A stretch of DNA of 63,856 bases, the filler included, from Folioceros fuciformis (Eukaryota), in the NCBI GenBank assembly GCA_049999805.1. It is 6 parts of 6 records of this genome, joined end to end, with 100 filler letters (N's around TTAATTAATTAA, not from the genome) between each part and the next. Parts side by side here need not be neighbours in the genome. Positions count along the whole stretch, not along the records: positions 23,909 to 31,169 come from JBNGIO010004168.1; positions 31,270 to 41,066 come from JBNGIO010004169.1; 4 more parts are not named here. One strand, given 5' to 3'. Below the pieces are notes generated by a model. It was given only the letters and a program-made list of their open reading frames with translations, was not told the DNA's origin and ran no database searches. Shown here piece by piece: positions 23,922-36,667 of the stretch. Position 1 is the first letter of the stretch. Every line of letters begins with the position of its first letter. The position numbers and the translations under genes were made by a program.

Positions 23922-26900
23922 ATGCAAGAGGTGGAAAGTAATTTGGTTCATCATGAGGATCAACTATGTTATGGAAAAATTAATAAATTCTATGGAATAA
24001 TGGATGGTTTAATTTGTTCTATCAAAACAAGACAATTGATTGATGCATCTTTACTTACTTGTCATGGGTGCTTTCAGAAGAAGAAGAAGCTACGTAATGA
24101 TAAAACTATTTGTCTGGTTCCTACTTTTGTCAAAGTTTTGGTGGGAACAAAATTGGATATGGAGCAATGGCTAAATATGCTAAAGGTCTTAGAATGTACC
24201 ATTCTTTGGATTGAAATACAAGAAGAGGATGGAATAATGAATGCCACTAATGGAGTTTTAAGATTAGCATGTAGGTTGCGATGTCAAGAAACTATAATAG
24301 TGGATATATTGGGTGGACTTTCCAATGTTCAAGTTATTAGATATAATAATATCAAGAGAGGAAAAGGAAAAAAACATGAGTGTTGTGGTGGCGTTGAAAG
24401 AAAACATTGTTGGAGAAGAAACGGTGAAGAGATTAGTAATTTGTGGGTAACAAGTGACGATGGTTTTCATAGACTAACTTCAATGATGACTTCAAATGGC
24501 ACCATAAAATATTTCAAAGAAGTATTGACACAAGTAGTTGATATACCTAGTTTCATTGATGTACCTCTTCAAGAGATTGATTTGCTTGACCTTACAACTT
24601 TGCACTCATTTATTATATTCATGCATGAAAAGGATGTAGTAGTAGTATGGCAAGGTTGTGACTCCCTTCATTGGGCTATTCTTAATTTTGATTTTTCAAC
24701 TTGTAGAATGCAAATAGCAAAAGGTACCTCTTTAATCAATCTCCAGGGTTATTTTCAACTGAAAGCAACTGGCTCTAATTCTCGTTTTCACACTTTACAC
24801 AAAAAATGTGGAGTCTACGATAAAAGATTACCTCGAAAGGAGGGTAAATCATGCTTAAACACTGATGATGATGGTGATGATGATGATGATGATGATGATG
24901 ATGTTGGGTGTTGTTGGACTCCATGGCATGGTGGCTTATGTGACGTGAACCATGTACAGCTGGGCATACTTGGTAGTTTTCTACATGAGTTATTTTGTAT
25001 TGATAATGATGTGTTTTCTCATGCAATTGCTGCTAATGAGACTTTAAAACAATTCCATCATTTGCTAAAGAACATAATAGAGCCTTGTTATGATGTACAT
25101 CATCATCAACACTTCATGGGATACACATCGTGGGAACTAAGGACCAAGAGTTTTTGTCCAATTTTTTTAGGGTTACCATCCAGTGAGCGATATGCTCTAT
25201 TACAAATGAAAAGTCAAGATCCATTCACTCGAGAAAGAAGCATAGATTTCCTAGTAGAAAGGGTGCTAGAAACATTATCAGAACATCATGATCAAAGTTT
25301 AATGACCAGCAATGTAAGTCATCCTTCACATGTGCAAGTGCAAGTGGAGTTGAAACCTAAAATTTCTTGTCCATCATGTTGCAGCATTGCAGTAGCTTGG
25401 TCAACAAAATCCTTGAATAGCATGATAAATTTATTCAAAATTATTAAAAGGAAGCAGAAAACAAACTTGTTTCTTCTTCTACCTAGTTCATACCATAGAT
25501 ACAAAGAGAAAAATACCTCAAACTCCATGTTGCGTAGAGCAATGTCAGCATTTCCCTTGGAGAGGAAAGCATCATTATTTCATCATTTACAAGACCACCA
25601 CCACCACCAAAACCGTATGGTAAATATCATAGCATTGGGCAATCAAACGGAGAGAACTTTAACACCAAGTGTAACAATATACTCACAAACCAATTTCAAC
25701 TTTACTTTGAGCAAATTACTTAATTGGAAGAGTTTTAGTATTTGTTCAAACTATACAAAAATAGAAAAAAATGCTAATTGGAGGAAATTTATGAAATGGG
25801 TAGAGTATGGTTTTATGAACTCTCTTGTATATCATGTATACTCAAGAAATGCAAATGAAGGACAACAAGATAAAAAATCCACCAAAAGTATTCAAGAATT
25901 TGCAAATACATGTTTGAAAATAGTGTCTATTATTCCCAGAGAAGGAAGTAGAAAACTAGTAGACTCCTTACTTAAAGTTCTTGGACAAAGTATTTGTCTA
26001 TTCAAAGTAATAGGTCATTTGTTATCTTCTAACAATACAAATAATCTCAATTTGGATTTGGATAACTATTTGGTTCTCAAAGGAGTACAAAAAAATAATG
26101 ATAAAACTCCATTAGAAATGCATGAGAGAAGTTGGCTCATTGGGATGCAAAGCATTTTGAGCTTATTGCATTTGATCACTTCAAAGTCATCTATTGTTGC
26201 TGCTTGTTTAGTGCAGCAATCACAAGGACTGAACTTGTTGGTTGAGATCTACAACATTATTGTTAATTTGTCTTATAAGCACGAGTCCAAAAGTTTTGAC
26301 ATTTTGAAGAGTGTGCATCTTGAAGAGAAACATGCTCAAAGTATGATGACTCCATGGACATTGGATTGTTATGATTCCCTAGCACTTGGTCATTCTAATT
26401 CTATGTCCTCCTTTCCAAGTTCAACAATGAATCATGATGGGTCACCATGCTCTGGAAATTGTCTAATTGATGATACACCACATAGAGACGCTTCAATACA
26501 TATGAAGTCTAGTGATGAAATAATGGGAACACATACACATAGTGACCCTTGTCTATGTATGAAGTCTAGTGATCCACACTACTTAGTGAAAAAGGCAAGG
26601 TGTAGTAAAGATAGGAGAAGCTTAGCTTGTTGTGATATTTGTAATGTGTCTCTACTAGACCAAAATATGGATGTCACTAAGGATGCTATTTTCTCTAAGG
26701 AAATGTTTCATGGTCATGGAGGCATGAATACGACACAGCAGCAGCAGCAGCAGCAGCAGCAGCCGCAGCCGCAGCCGCTGCCGCCGCAGCAGCAGAACAT
26801 TCACTTGGGTATGTCACATAAATTTGAGACATCGTGTGTAAGTGAACCATTATCATATTCATTTTCAAAATGTTACACACTATTATTATCAACCAGACAT

Positions 26901-27159
26901 AGCTTTCAAACATTACCAACACTATGTAATCATGGTCAACTTAGATGCAAAAGTTGTCATTGCATGGACAAGTATGAAAAATTTCATGTGTTGTCAACAC
27001 TTGGGAAAATACTTTCAACAACTTGTGGAAGAACTATTCTCCCTATTAAGCACATCATTATGTTGAATCCAAATGCTAGTATATTAGCCCAATCCTTCTT
27101 GTTAGAACTTTGCACACTCTCATGCTGCTATTGCTATGGTCATGTATGTATGGACATAT

Positions 27160-27190
<31 letters not shown>

Positions 27191-30100
27191 ACATTTGATC
27201 CATAAAATAATATTTACGTTAGATGAGTTATTTGATGTACAATTCACACCTTTTCACCTTCAACTAAAGCATGAAGGATTGCAACCCTCAAAATATTGTT
27301 TTTCTACTATTTTCCTTCAACTTTTGAATAGAAACATGGAGTTTATAATAAACAAAGAAAACAAATCGGATTATTTTTCTCACATGTCACATAAAAATAA
27401 TAATAATAAAAATACAAATAGAGAAGAAGAAGAAGAAGAAGAAGAAGAAGATGATGATGATGATCCAATCCACAATTGTACTTTACATAGATGGATTCAT
27501 ATTGGACTTCAATTTAAAACCTTAAAAAATTTTATGAATTTGTGTCCCAAACAAGGAGATGCTGTAAAAAGTGTGCTTGCAACATGTACCCCTGCAATAA
27601 CTATGATGTTTGAGATGCTCACAAAGCTTGGATGCCCAAGTACATGGAGCATGGCACACATCTTAGTACTACAAGAACTTCTCTCAATGTTAAGTGTCAT
27701 TTGTCACAATGCAATTAATCAAAACCACTTGCTTCTACATGAGTGTATGGAAATTGAAGATTTCATTTGGCAACTAGTCATGGACAAGTCCCAAAATTGG
27801 CATTGTATTAAAAGATTCACAAATTGGACCTTCTTAAATGCGTGTCAATATTGCTTTAAAGCCCTTATGGAGAATCATCATGAAAGTTTGAGCAAGCACT
27901 TACTAATATGTCATACTTGTAATAATGTAGTAAGAAAATTAAACTCATCTACTCAAGCTGAAGCCACATCATTCCAAGGTTTGTTAATATTGAGGCTAGT
28001 ACTGCTTAAGTTTTTTCAGCTTCTAGTTGCTTTGTTACAAAGACGAGTTGATAATCACAAAAATATTACTTCGGGTGAGGACCTATTTCTAAATATTTCA
28101 GACATCATTACAACAACATTTGAATTTTTGATGGACCCAATGCATGGTATCTTGATGAATTGCATTAGAAATCTTTGTAGCCTGCTACATGAAATTACTC
28201 CACATGAAAATCAATGTTGCTCAACCTCCTCTTCTCGATTGCATACAACGTATGTGCAATGCAATGTAGACAAAATCTCCACAAGGCTTTCAAATGGATG
28301 TGAGAATTCCAAGTGCATCAATAGTAAACATGTATCTAGTAAGCATGATTTATCAAGTTATAATAACAACTTTTTTTTTTCTTCTTCTAAAAACTTAAAT
28401 AATATTATTAATGCACATAAAACCCTCTATAAGCTCTTTAAGGAAAATAAATAGTTCTAATAAATTGAGAAAAAAAAAACAACAACTAAAGAAAGAAAGA
28501 AAGAAGATATGAGGAATTTGAATATTTTCTCCAATTTTAATTCATCATTTTTGTTATCATTTTGCAAGGAACAACAAGAGATATAGTGTGCAAATATTGT
28601 TGTGCCTCAACTTCATTCCTTCGTGGCTTGTTCATACATGTGCAAAAAGAGTGTATGCATCTTCTTATAAACATCTTTAGCATAAATATTTCCAGTACCT
28701 CATATCAAAGTTTCAACACCGAGACTACTGAGACTGAAATAATGGAGAAGACTCCATTTTTCAAAAGCACTTACCTTAATCCATTTATGGATCAAGTCTT
28801 TGTTTGCTTTAAACAATTATACAATAAAGATCTTGGCCTTGAGGATCAACTGCAATCAAAATTTCCTAATAATGGGTTAGTTTTTTTATGCCAAAAAATA
28901 CATTTTTATTTATTATTACTATTTTCGGGTAGAACCTACATAATGTAGTACATGAATGGGGTAACACACAAAGAATGCATGAATCCATGTCACATGTCAC
29001 ATAATAATACAACACTCTCGTTATAAATGCCAGTGATATATTAACATGTCTCAAGGAGGATGAGCTTTCAGATTTATGTAAAATTTATGCAAGTGTGCTC
29101 TTGACTTTAGCACAAAATCAAACAGAAGAAATAGGCAACCAATTTCAAAAAATTAAAACTATAGAGTTTCTTGTTAAAGAAATAAGTTTGGAGTATGAAG
29201 ATTCTAGATTAGTTTCTATGAAATCAGAAATAGATGATAATGCGAATCCTGATAACAACACAAAACGAAATGTAGAACAATACAATAACCCTAAACTTTC
29301 AAACAAGGATAGTAATTCAAACAATCAACTTAATGTACATGGTACGTGCAATGAATGTGTTGGAGAGAAGGAACTGAGAACACATACATACATACATACA
29401 TACATACATGCATGCATACATACATACATACATACATACATACATACATACATACATACATNNNNNNNNNNNNNNNNNNNNNNNNNNNNNNNNNNNNNNN
29501 NNNNNNNNNNNNNNNNNNNNNNNNNNNNNNNNNNNNNNNNNNNNNNNNNNNNNNNNNNNNNATACATACATACATACATACATGCATACATACATACATA
29601 CATGAGAAACTAAGGCATGTGATTTTGGTACAGAACAAAATCTACACCTTTACCATTCTTCTTCAAGATCTCCAAGTGTTGAGCACATGTCAAGGAATAT
29701 GAGTATGGAAAAATTGGATTGTAATGTGAAGGAGAAAATAAAAGATGCTAGTTTCTGTATGTATAAAGGACAGAATCAATCAATCCCAAGAAGAATCCGA
29801 AGTAAGTGTCAAGGAGAGCATGTTTGTAAGAAGATATTGCAGTTATTTTATTGCAGTGCAGTGATTTCTCATTGGTTTGTTAACATGCTGCTAGAAAATT
29901 AGGGGCATCAAATCTTTGTCAAAGAATCATTAAGAAGGGAACTTCAATATACGAATATGTTCTAAACAAGTTGTACAATTTAAAAGCCACAAAACCAAAA
30001 ATTTATGTACAAGAGGATAACAAAATTTTGGATCATCCTTCATTTAGAGCTAGAGCAATTAAAAACAACATTAAATTTGAAGACCTAAATGCACGACAAT

Positions 30101-31162
30101 TAGATAATCTACATTTTGAGGAGAAAAGAGATTTTGAAATATTGGAGTCAATGACAAAGTCTACATATGCTGGTACGTTTTGTAAGTTGAATGATCATAT
30201 CATAGCATGAGATGGATTCAACAAGCACAATCAATTAAATTAGGAGTGATATGCAAGAGATACATCATAGGTAAAGTAACAAAATTATCTTAACTAATTT
30301 TAAAAAAGTTTTTTTTTTGCATGTACATGCATCTTGCTCGTATAGGTGATATTGTTCGACCCATAATACCAAAGTTGAAGCTACTTAATTCATCGAGAAA
30401 ACCTAATGTAAAGAGATATTTGTAATTATTGGCTAATTATGCAAACATGAAATAAAATTGCATACATCCAAACACATAGATTCTTAATAAGCCTTACAAA
30501 ACCTTTGTAAATAGGAGACTTGTAACAAAATTTCTACAGCTACCACATCCTCATATGAATGTGAGAGGGTTAAGAAAAGAATATATCGACATTATGCTCT
30601 ACATGTTGTTGTACTGGAATTAGTCATGTCACTTATGCTTACTTCACAGTACGTTTGTTATGTATATATCCTTGAGGCTACATTATGTTTTATGCTTTTT
30701 GTAAACCTATGATACCAATAGCTAGTAGCTAGATGCACGAATTCAAACACACATTAAATGCTAACTTTTGAGAAATCTTGCAGTGACACTTTAAAGATAT
30801 ACTACACTGATAGGTTCCCAATGGAACATGGCAAGGTGAATGTACCATTTTTTTTGTCATATCGTATCCTTGTGAATAATAATTGTTCATATTGCCCATC
30901 ATAGTAAGAATTATAGTAAATCTGTTTTTTTTTAAACAACAATTTATTTTATATGATTGATTTTATTCTTAGAAAGTTACTCTCCTGAAATATCATAGAC
31001 CTCAATCATCCAAGAAATTTAGATTTGTTGGCTATATTGACTACAAGGATGAAGGACTACAAAAATTCAGCATATCAAATCTTGAAGTTAATGTGTAGAA
31101 AGATATCAAATCTAGAACTATATCATTCTCGACAACTTATTGATCGTGGTGCTTTTGCGCAA
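23922..31162 (+). CDS. Giant AT-rich uncharacterised protein with a probable C-terminal protein kinase domain (3' end beyond scaffold)
   Basis: Proposed phase-compatible GT-AG exons are 23922-28249, 28681-28875, 29034-29341, 29634-29801, 29903-30172, 30346-30407, 30515-30648, 30784-30863 and 30999-31162 (1903 codons). The chain ends ..[17 protein letters not shown], which resembles a kinase Gly-rich loop. Confidence 0.75.
29382..29603 (+). repeat. (TACA)n microsatellite spanning a gap, inside predicted intron 29342-29633
   Basis: CATA/TACA tandem repeats lie on both sides of the N run. Confidence 0.95.
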
Positions 31163-31269
31163 GTGAGAANNNNNNNNNNNNNNNNNNNNNNNNNNNNNNN
31201 NNNNNNNNNNNNNTTAATTAATTAANNNNNNNNNNNNNNNNNNNNNNNNNNNNNNNNNNNNNNNNNNNN

Positions 31270-33027
31270 CGAGAGGGGAGTGTGTTCCCTTCTTTCTTTT
31301 CTTTGGGGTTAGTCTAATGACTCTTGCCGGGTAGGAGGAGTCAGTAGGGAAGTGTAGAAGGTAGTGGTGTCGTTGCTGGTTGCTGGTAGTTGCTGGTGTT
31401 GGTGCTGGAGTGAGAGAGTGAGTGAAGTGAGTGAGGGACGTCGCAGATCTAAGAGGTTAGGGTCGTTGTAGTGACTGGAGTGAGTTTGTGGGCACAGAGA
31501 GAGGTGCAGCTGACCGCTGGACAGCGAGGCTGTCCTACGCCTCATCGGAGCTGGACAAGAGCCCTCGAATCCAGCATCGAGTCGATCAAGTCCGACCCTC
31601 CATCCACAGCAGCAAGGAACCCCATCGCTCCTTCGTGGGAACGAAACCCAATGTCTCAACGACAGTGGGATAAGTGTGGCCACTAAAGGTGGAACCCGTT
31701 GGCAATTAGTGCCCAGGGTTTTCCCTCCACATACAACCTATCTGATAAAGTGATGCTTGATCTCAATATGCTTTGTTCTAGAGTGGAGGACTAGATTCTG
31801 GGCCAGCGCAATGGCCGACTGGTTATCACTCAGCAACGAGGTAGGTGCTGATTGTGTTTCTCCTAGTGAGCCCAATAACTCTCTCCCATGCAAGATGTCT
31901 TGTGCTGCCGTCGTTGCAGCAATGTACTCAGCTTCGGTGGAGGAGAGGTACTACGGGTTTCTTCTTACTGTGCCATGAGATTATTGTGGCTTGATGCTTG
32001 TCCTTTCCTAGCATCAGACAGTTGGCTAAGATTGAGCGTCGGATGTCACTATTAGCAGCCCAGTCTACGTCACAGAAGCATGTTAGGAGCAGGTTTGTAG
32101 GTCGTTGTTTCTATAGTAGCCCAAGCTTCGGGGTGCCTCCAAGATAGCGCATGCATCTTTGTACAGCCATCTTTGCATCAGGTGAGCCTGTAGGAGGAGG
32201 GAGTCATTCACTTTGGGAGTCAGTCTATCTCTTCGTGAGCTCTTGGAGGTCCTCTCTTCATGAGCTCTTGTGGTTTGTCCCTGCTTGGTTTAGGACCTGT
32301 AGTGTGTTGCCGGCTGTGCAACGTCTGGTAGGATCGCAAGCCGCGTGTTGCCGGCTGTACAATGTCTGGTAAGATCGCGGGCAACGTGTTGCCGATTGTA
32401 TAATGTCTGGTAGGATCACAAGGTGTAATGACCAGGGTGTAGGGGCTTGCCCCTAGCTCTTGATTGTAAAGGATGTGTCTTTCTCTCGACCTGACCACTC
32501 TTGTTCCTTGCTTGGACAAGTGCTGTAGGCCGGCCATGTTTCATGGAGTCTGGTAAGGTTGTGGGGGGGAGATACCCGAGAGGGGAGTGTGTTCCCTTCT
32601 TTCTTTTCTTTGGGGTTAGTCTAGTGACTCTTGCCGGGTAGGAGGAGTCAGTAGGGAAGTGTAGAAGGTAGTGGTGTCATTGTTAGTTGTTGGTGTTGGT
32701 GCTGGAGTGAGAGTGAGTGAAGTGAGTGAGGGAAGTCGTAGATCTAAGAGGTTAGGGTCGTTGTAGTGACTGGAGTGAGTTTGTGGGCACCGAGAGGGGT
32801 GCAGCTGACCGTCGGATAGCGAGGCCTGTCCTACGCATGATCGGAGCTGGAGGGGAGCCCTCGAATCCATCATCGAGTCGATCAAGTCCGACCCTCCATC
32901 CACAGCAGCAAGGAACCCCATCGCTCCTTCATGGGAACGAAACCCAATGTCTCAACGACAATGGGATAAGTGTGGTCACTAAAGGTGGAACCCGTTGGCA
33001 ATCAGTGCCTGGGGTTTTGCCTCCACA
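31270..33027 (-). mobile_element. Two ~465-bp LTRs (31270-31731, left end cut; 32560-33027) around an ~830-bp internal region with a decayed copia RNase H
   Basis: The two LTRs are direct repeats, and the complete copy has TGTGG...CCACA termini. The internal minus strand reads STEAEYIAA..SDNQSAIALAQN..HSRTKHIEIKHHFIR. A ~41-bp tandem repeat x3 lies at ~32300-32420. Confidence 0.8.
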
Positions 33028-33179
33028 ATAGGCCTCTTAGAAAATAGGTGGTATTTGTTTTTTTGGAGTTTTGATAGGATTCCTTGGAGAGGTAATTAGG
33101 AAACTATGTTAAATAAGGCTAGATTAAATAGGATGATCAAGAGATAGTGGTGCAGTTTAGAAAGTCAATAATCGTCTAG

Positions 33180-36100
33180 GTTACCCGTGGCCGTGGAAAA
33201 TGTGAAGTAGGGGGTAGGGTGTGCCCGTGGAGAGGGGCGCCGGCGTGTGTGGAACCCTAAGTCGGGCATGTGAGGGTGAGTTGGGGCCTCGGGAGCATGC
33301 GGAAGGCGGTTGGGCATAGGCATGGAGGTAGGGTGCCTAGGCCTGCCCTGGCCTCCGGCCAAATGGCCGGGGCTGAGGATCTTGGCCGGTAGGCGGGCCG
33401 GCCTACTGCTGGGATGGATCGGGGCGACGGCGAGGGGAGTCGGGCAAGCGGGCAGGCTGTTTGGCCAGATCCAGGCCGGGCTAGCCAGAGGGCGAGTCCA
33501 GGCATGCGAGCCGATTGGTAGGGGCCCTACCAGATCCGGCTGGCTTCCCAGCTGGATCTAGCCAGCCAACGGGCTGGCCAAGCCACGGGCAGCAGCGGCC
33601 GTGGATGGCGTGCGACCGGATGGCGGGTTGGATCGATCGGTCGGCGGGCTGGGTTGATACGGGCCGGCTAGCAGGTAAGGCCCAGGAGGGGCAGGCCGGG
33701 GGAACAGAACGGGCGGCTGGTCAGGCGGATCGTGGTAGGTGGGCTTGGCCGGATCGTCATGCGGCCGTTGGCTGGCTGCAGTAGTAGATCGGTTTGCAGG
33801 CTGGCGGGTTGGATTTAGCCAGCCAGGGGACCGGCCTGGCTGTAGCTAGAGGCGGCCAGGCAGATAGCCCAAGGGCTAGCAGGGACCAGGCGCTGGCCGG
33901 TGAGGCAGGAAGCCAGAGGTGGCGCTGGATCCAGGCCAGACGAGCCTTGGGCTGATCAAAGCGGTAATGGCTAGCAGGTGAGTTTGAGGCGGATGAAGGC
34001 GGCCAATGGGCTAGGGAGATCCTGGCCGAGGGGGAGTCCAGGCCAGGAGGGATCCTGGCGGGTGGCGGGCTACTGAAGAGCTTAGTTTGCAGCCTAGCCC
34101 GACCGGGCTGCTGGGAAGCAGGCAGGCCGGCTTGGAGGCTCCTGGATTGGTCAGCAACAGGCGGGGCGGATCGAAGCTGATTGGGACCAGGGCTGGATCC
34201 GAAGGCTGGCAAGCGTCCCAGCAGCAGGATCTCACGCAGCGGTTGGCTGGGTGGGATCATGGCAAGTAGGCAGACCCATGACGTGCGGAATCGGGCTCAG
34301 CGGGATTGAAGCCGGTAGGAGGCCCAATGGTAGTCGGATCCAGGCCAGGCGGCTATGGGCTTCGGGGTGTTTCGGGCTGTGGCCGATCGGCCAGAGCCCA
34401 GTAGATCGGGCTGCAGGCAGCCAATAGCGGCAATGGATGGCATGCGGCTAGGTGGCGGGCAAAGTCGATTAGGCAGCAAAGCGGCCGGGGAAGGACTCGA
34501 GAGCCGGGCAGTGTCTGGTTGCAGAAACCCAAGCAGCCAAGTAGGCTGGCTTCCGGCCTCCAAGCAAACGAAACCAGCAGCTGGCCAAGCCGGGCCGGCT
34601 GGCTGCTTGGCTGGATTTGGAAGGCAGGAGGCTGGTGTGTGGCCTCGGTGCAAGCGGCTTGGCTGGCGCTGAAGGCTGGCTGCAGGCACGAGGGGCAGCA
34701 GGTAGCCGGGCCCGTCAGCAGCCAAGCAGCCGGCTCAGCGGCTGGCTGGCTTGCTGGATTAGGAGGCAAGCAGGCAGACAGCCAGACAGGCTGCGGGACC
34801 TACGCGCCAAGCTCAGAGCCAGCACAGGGATGGCTGGGCGGTAGGGCTGGTCGGAGTTGGAGCTAGGCGAGCGGCGCTAGATCTAGGCCAGGCGGGCTAC
34901 AAGCAGATCATGGCAGATTGGCGAGCACCCGGGCAGGCCAGTGAGCGGTGCCAAATCTGGGCGGCCGGGGTTGGATCTGGAAGCCAGGCACCAGCCTGGC
35001 TGCAGGACCCAAGCAGAGGTCTGGTGGTGGACTCCAAGCAGCGGAGGTGGCGAATCTAGCAACCAGCCAGGCCGGCTGGCGGCTGGCCGGGTGGGATCCC
35101 GCTAGGCAGACTAGGCCGGCTTGGCAGGCAAGACAGGCTGTAGGTGACGAGCTGGCATCCAGGCTGTGGCTGCAGGAGACGGATCCAAGCAGGCCGGGAG
35201 GCGCCAGATCCAGGCACTCGCCGGATCCAGGCAAGCTGGCTAAACCGTGGCAAGGCAACCAAGCAGTAGCAGTAGACCGACAGTAGGCAGGATGGCCAAA
35301 TCGGCGGCTAGCAGGAGGGTGGCATCGGATCTGCGGGAGATCTTTCAGGAGTTGTTCGAAGAAGGAGCCCAAGCTGCCAGGTGCTGGGAGGGTGAAGCCA
35401 GTAGTCAGCCAGCCGGGCATGTTGGTTGCCTGGCTGAATCCGGAGGTCGGTTGGCGACCACTAGCCAGTTGACCTGGGCAAGCAGGCGACGATCCACCCT
35501 AGGCTGGCCAGCCAGGACGGGGGGGAAACAGGTTGGTTGGATGAGGAGGGACGATCGAGGGACAAGCAGCAAGAGCTGGATCGGAGGCCACTGTGGAGGA
35601 AATCCTGGCCGGCAGGGCGAGGTGCAGGGGGCATTGCCAGAGCCAGGTTCCTGCCTAGCGGCTGGCGGTTGGCTTAGCGGGATCTGGGGGGGCTAGATGC
35701 CTGGCCAGATCTGTGAGGACGGAAGGCCAGTGCGCGGCCTCTCAGCGGCTAGCGAGTTGACATCCTGGCAGGTAAGGGCCAGATCCGGGCCGAGGTCCTG
35801 GCTGGACCCAGCAGGTGAGGTGGTTGCAGGGCAAAAGGGGGAAGTCGGATGGTGGGTGGACGGCGCTCAGGGATGGCCGATCCGGACCGGTAGCCTGGTT
35901 GGCGGCCCGGAGGGATGGCAGGCTGGTAGGCCGGATCCAAGCCGCTGCCCGGGATGTGCACCCTGGCAGTTGGCTGAATCGTGGCCAGGCCTACCAAGCG
36001 GGGAGCAACGTGTGGCCCACGTGAGACGGCTGGGGGCTGGATTCGGGAGCCAGGCAGCAGCCAGGCTGCAGGATCCTAAGCAGGAAAGGCAGCGGGATTT

Positions 36101-36300
36101 GGGCTGTGGTCTCGGGTGGATCCGGCTCCGGCTGACTGCAGATGCAAGGGAAGNNNNNNNNNNTGGTCTCGGGTGGATCCGGCTCCGGCTGACTGCAGAT
36201 GCAAGGGAAGATGCCCAGGCCCTGGTCTCGGGTGGATCCGGCTCCGGCTGACAACAGATGCAAGGGAAGATGCCCAGGCCCTGGCTGATGGTTAGTTGTC
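33180..36300. repeat. Very GC-rich low-complexity tract, probably TE-derived; 59-bp tandem repeat at ~36105-36285
   Basis: The tract is dense in GGCTGG/GGCCGG/GGATCC/CTAGCC words, and no ORF has recognisable homology. TGGTCTCGGGTGGATCCGGCTCCGGCTGAC occurs three times. Confidence 0.65.
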
Positions 36301-36667
36301 TAGGGACGGGCTACAGGGCACTAGATGAGTAGGTCTACCGAGTCATGGGCCTTGGCCAGCAGAATGGAGGAAAGGATATGAAGACAGTGTGGTCTCTAAA
36401 GGGGTGCAGATGATCTAAGGGAAAGGAGAGGATCGGAGGGGGGAAGAGAGTGTCGAGAGGCACTTGAGAGTTTTGGTAGTTTTGAGGGGTTGATTAATTT
36501 TGATAAAAGCAACCAGGGCACAAGTCAAGGTTAGGGCTAGGTCAGGGTTAGCATTAGGTTGGAGTCAGGTTTAGGGTTTTGACAAGTGGAGGGTTCTGTC
36601 GAAGGCGGGTTGACCTGGTTAGATAGTGATAGGGGTTCCTGGCCAAGGGGGGATAAGAGGCCAGGCG

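Noticed and set aside
29317-29702. MYVC/YIHT repeat ORFs
   Set aside because: They are translations of an intronic (TACA)n microsatellite.
33165-36263. Many 60-180 aa ORFs in the GC-rich tract
   Set aside because: Such ORFs are expected from stop-codon scarcity, and they show no motifs or consistent frame.
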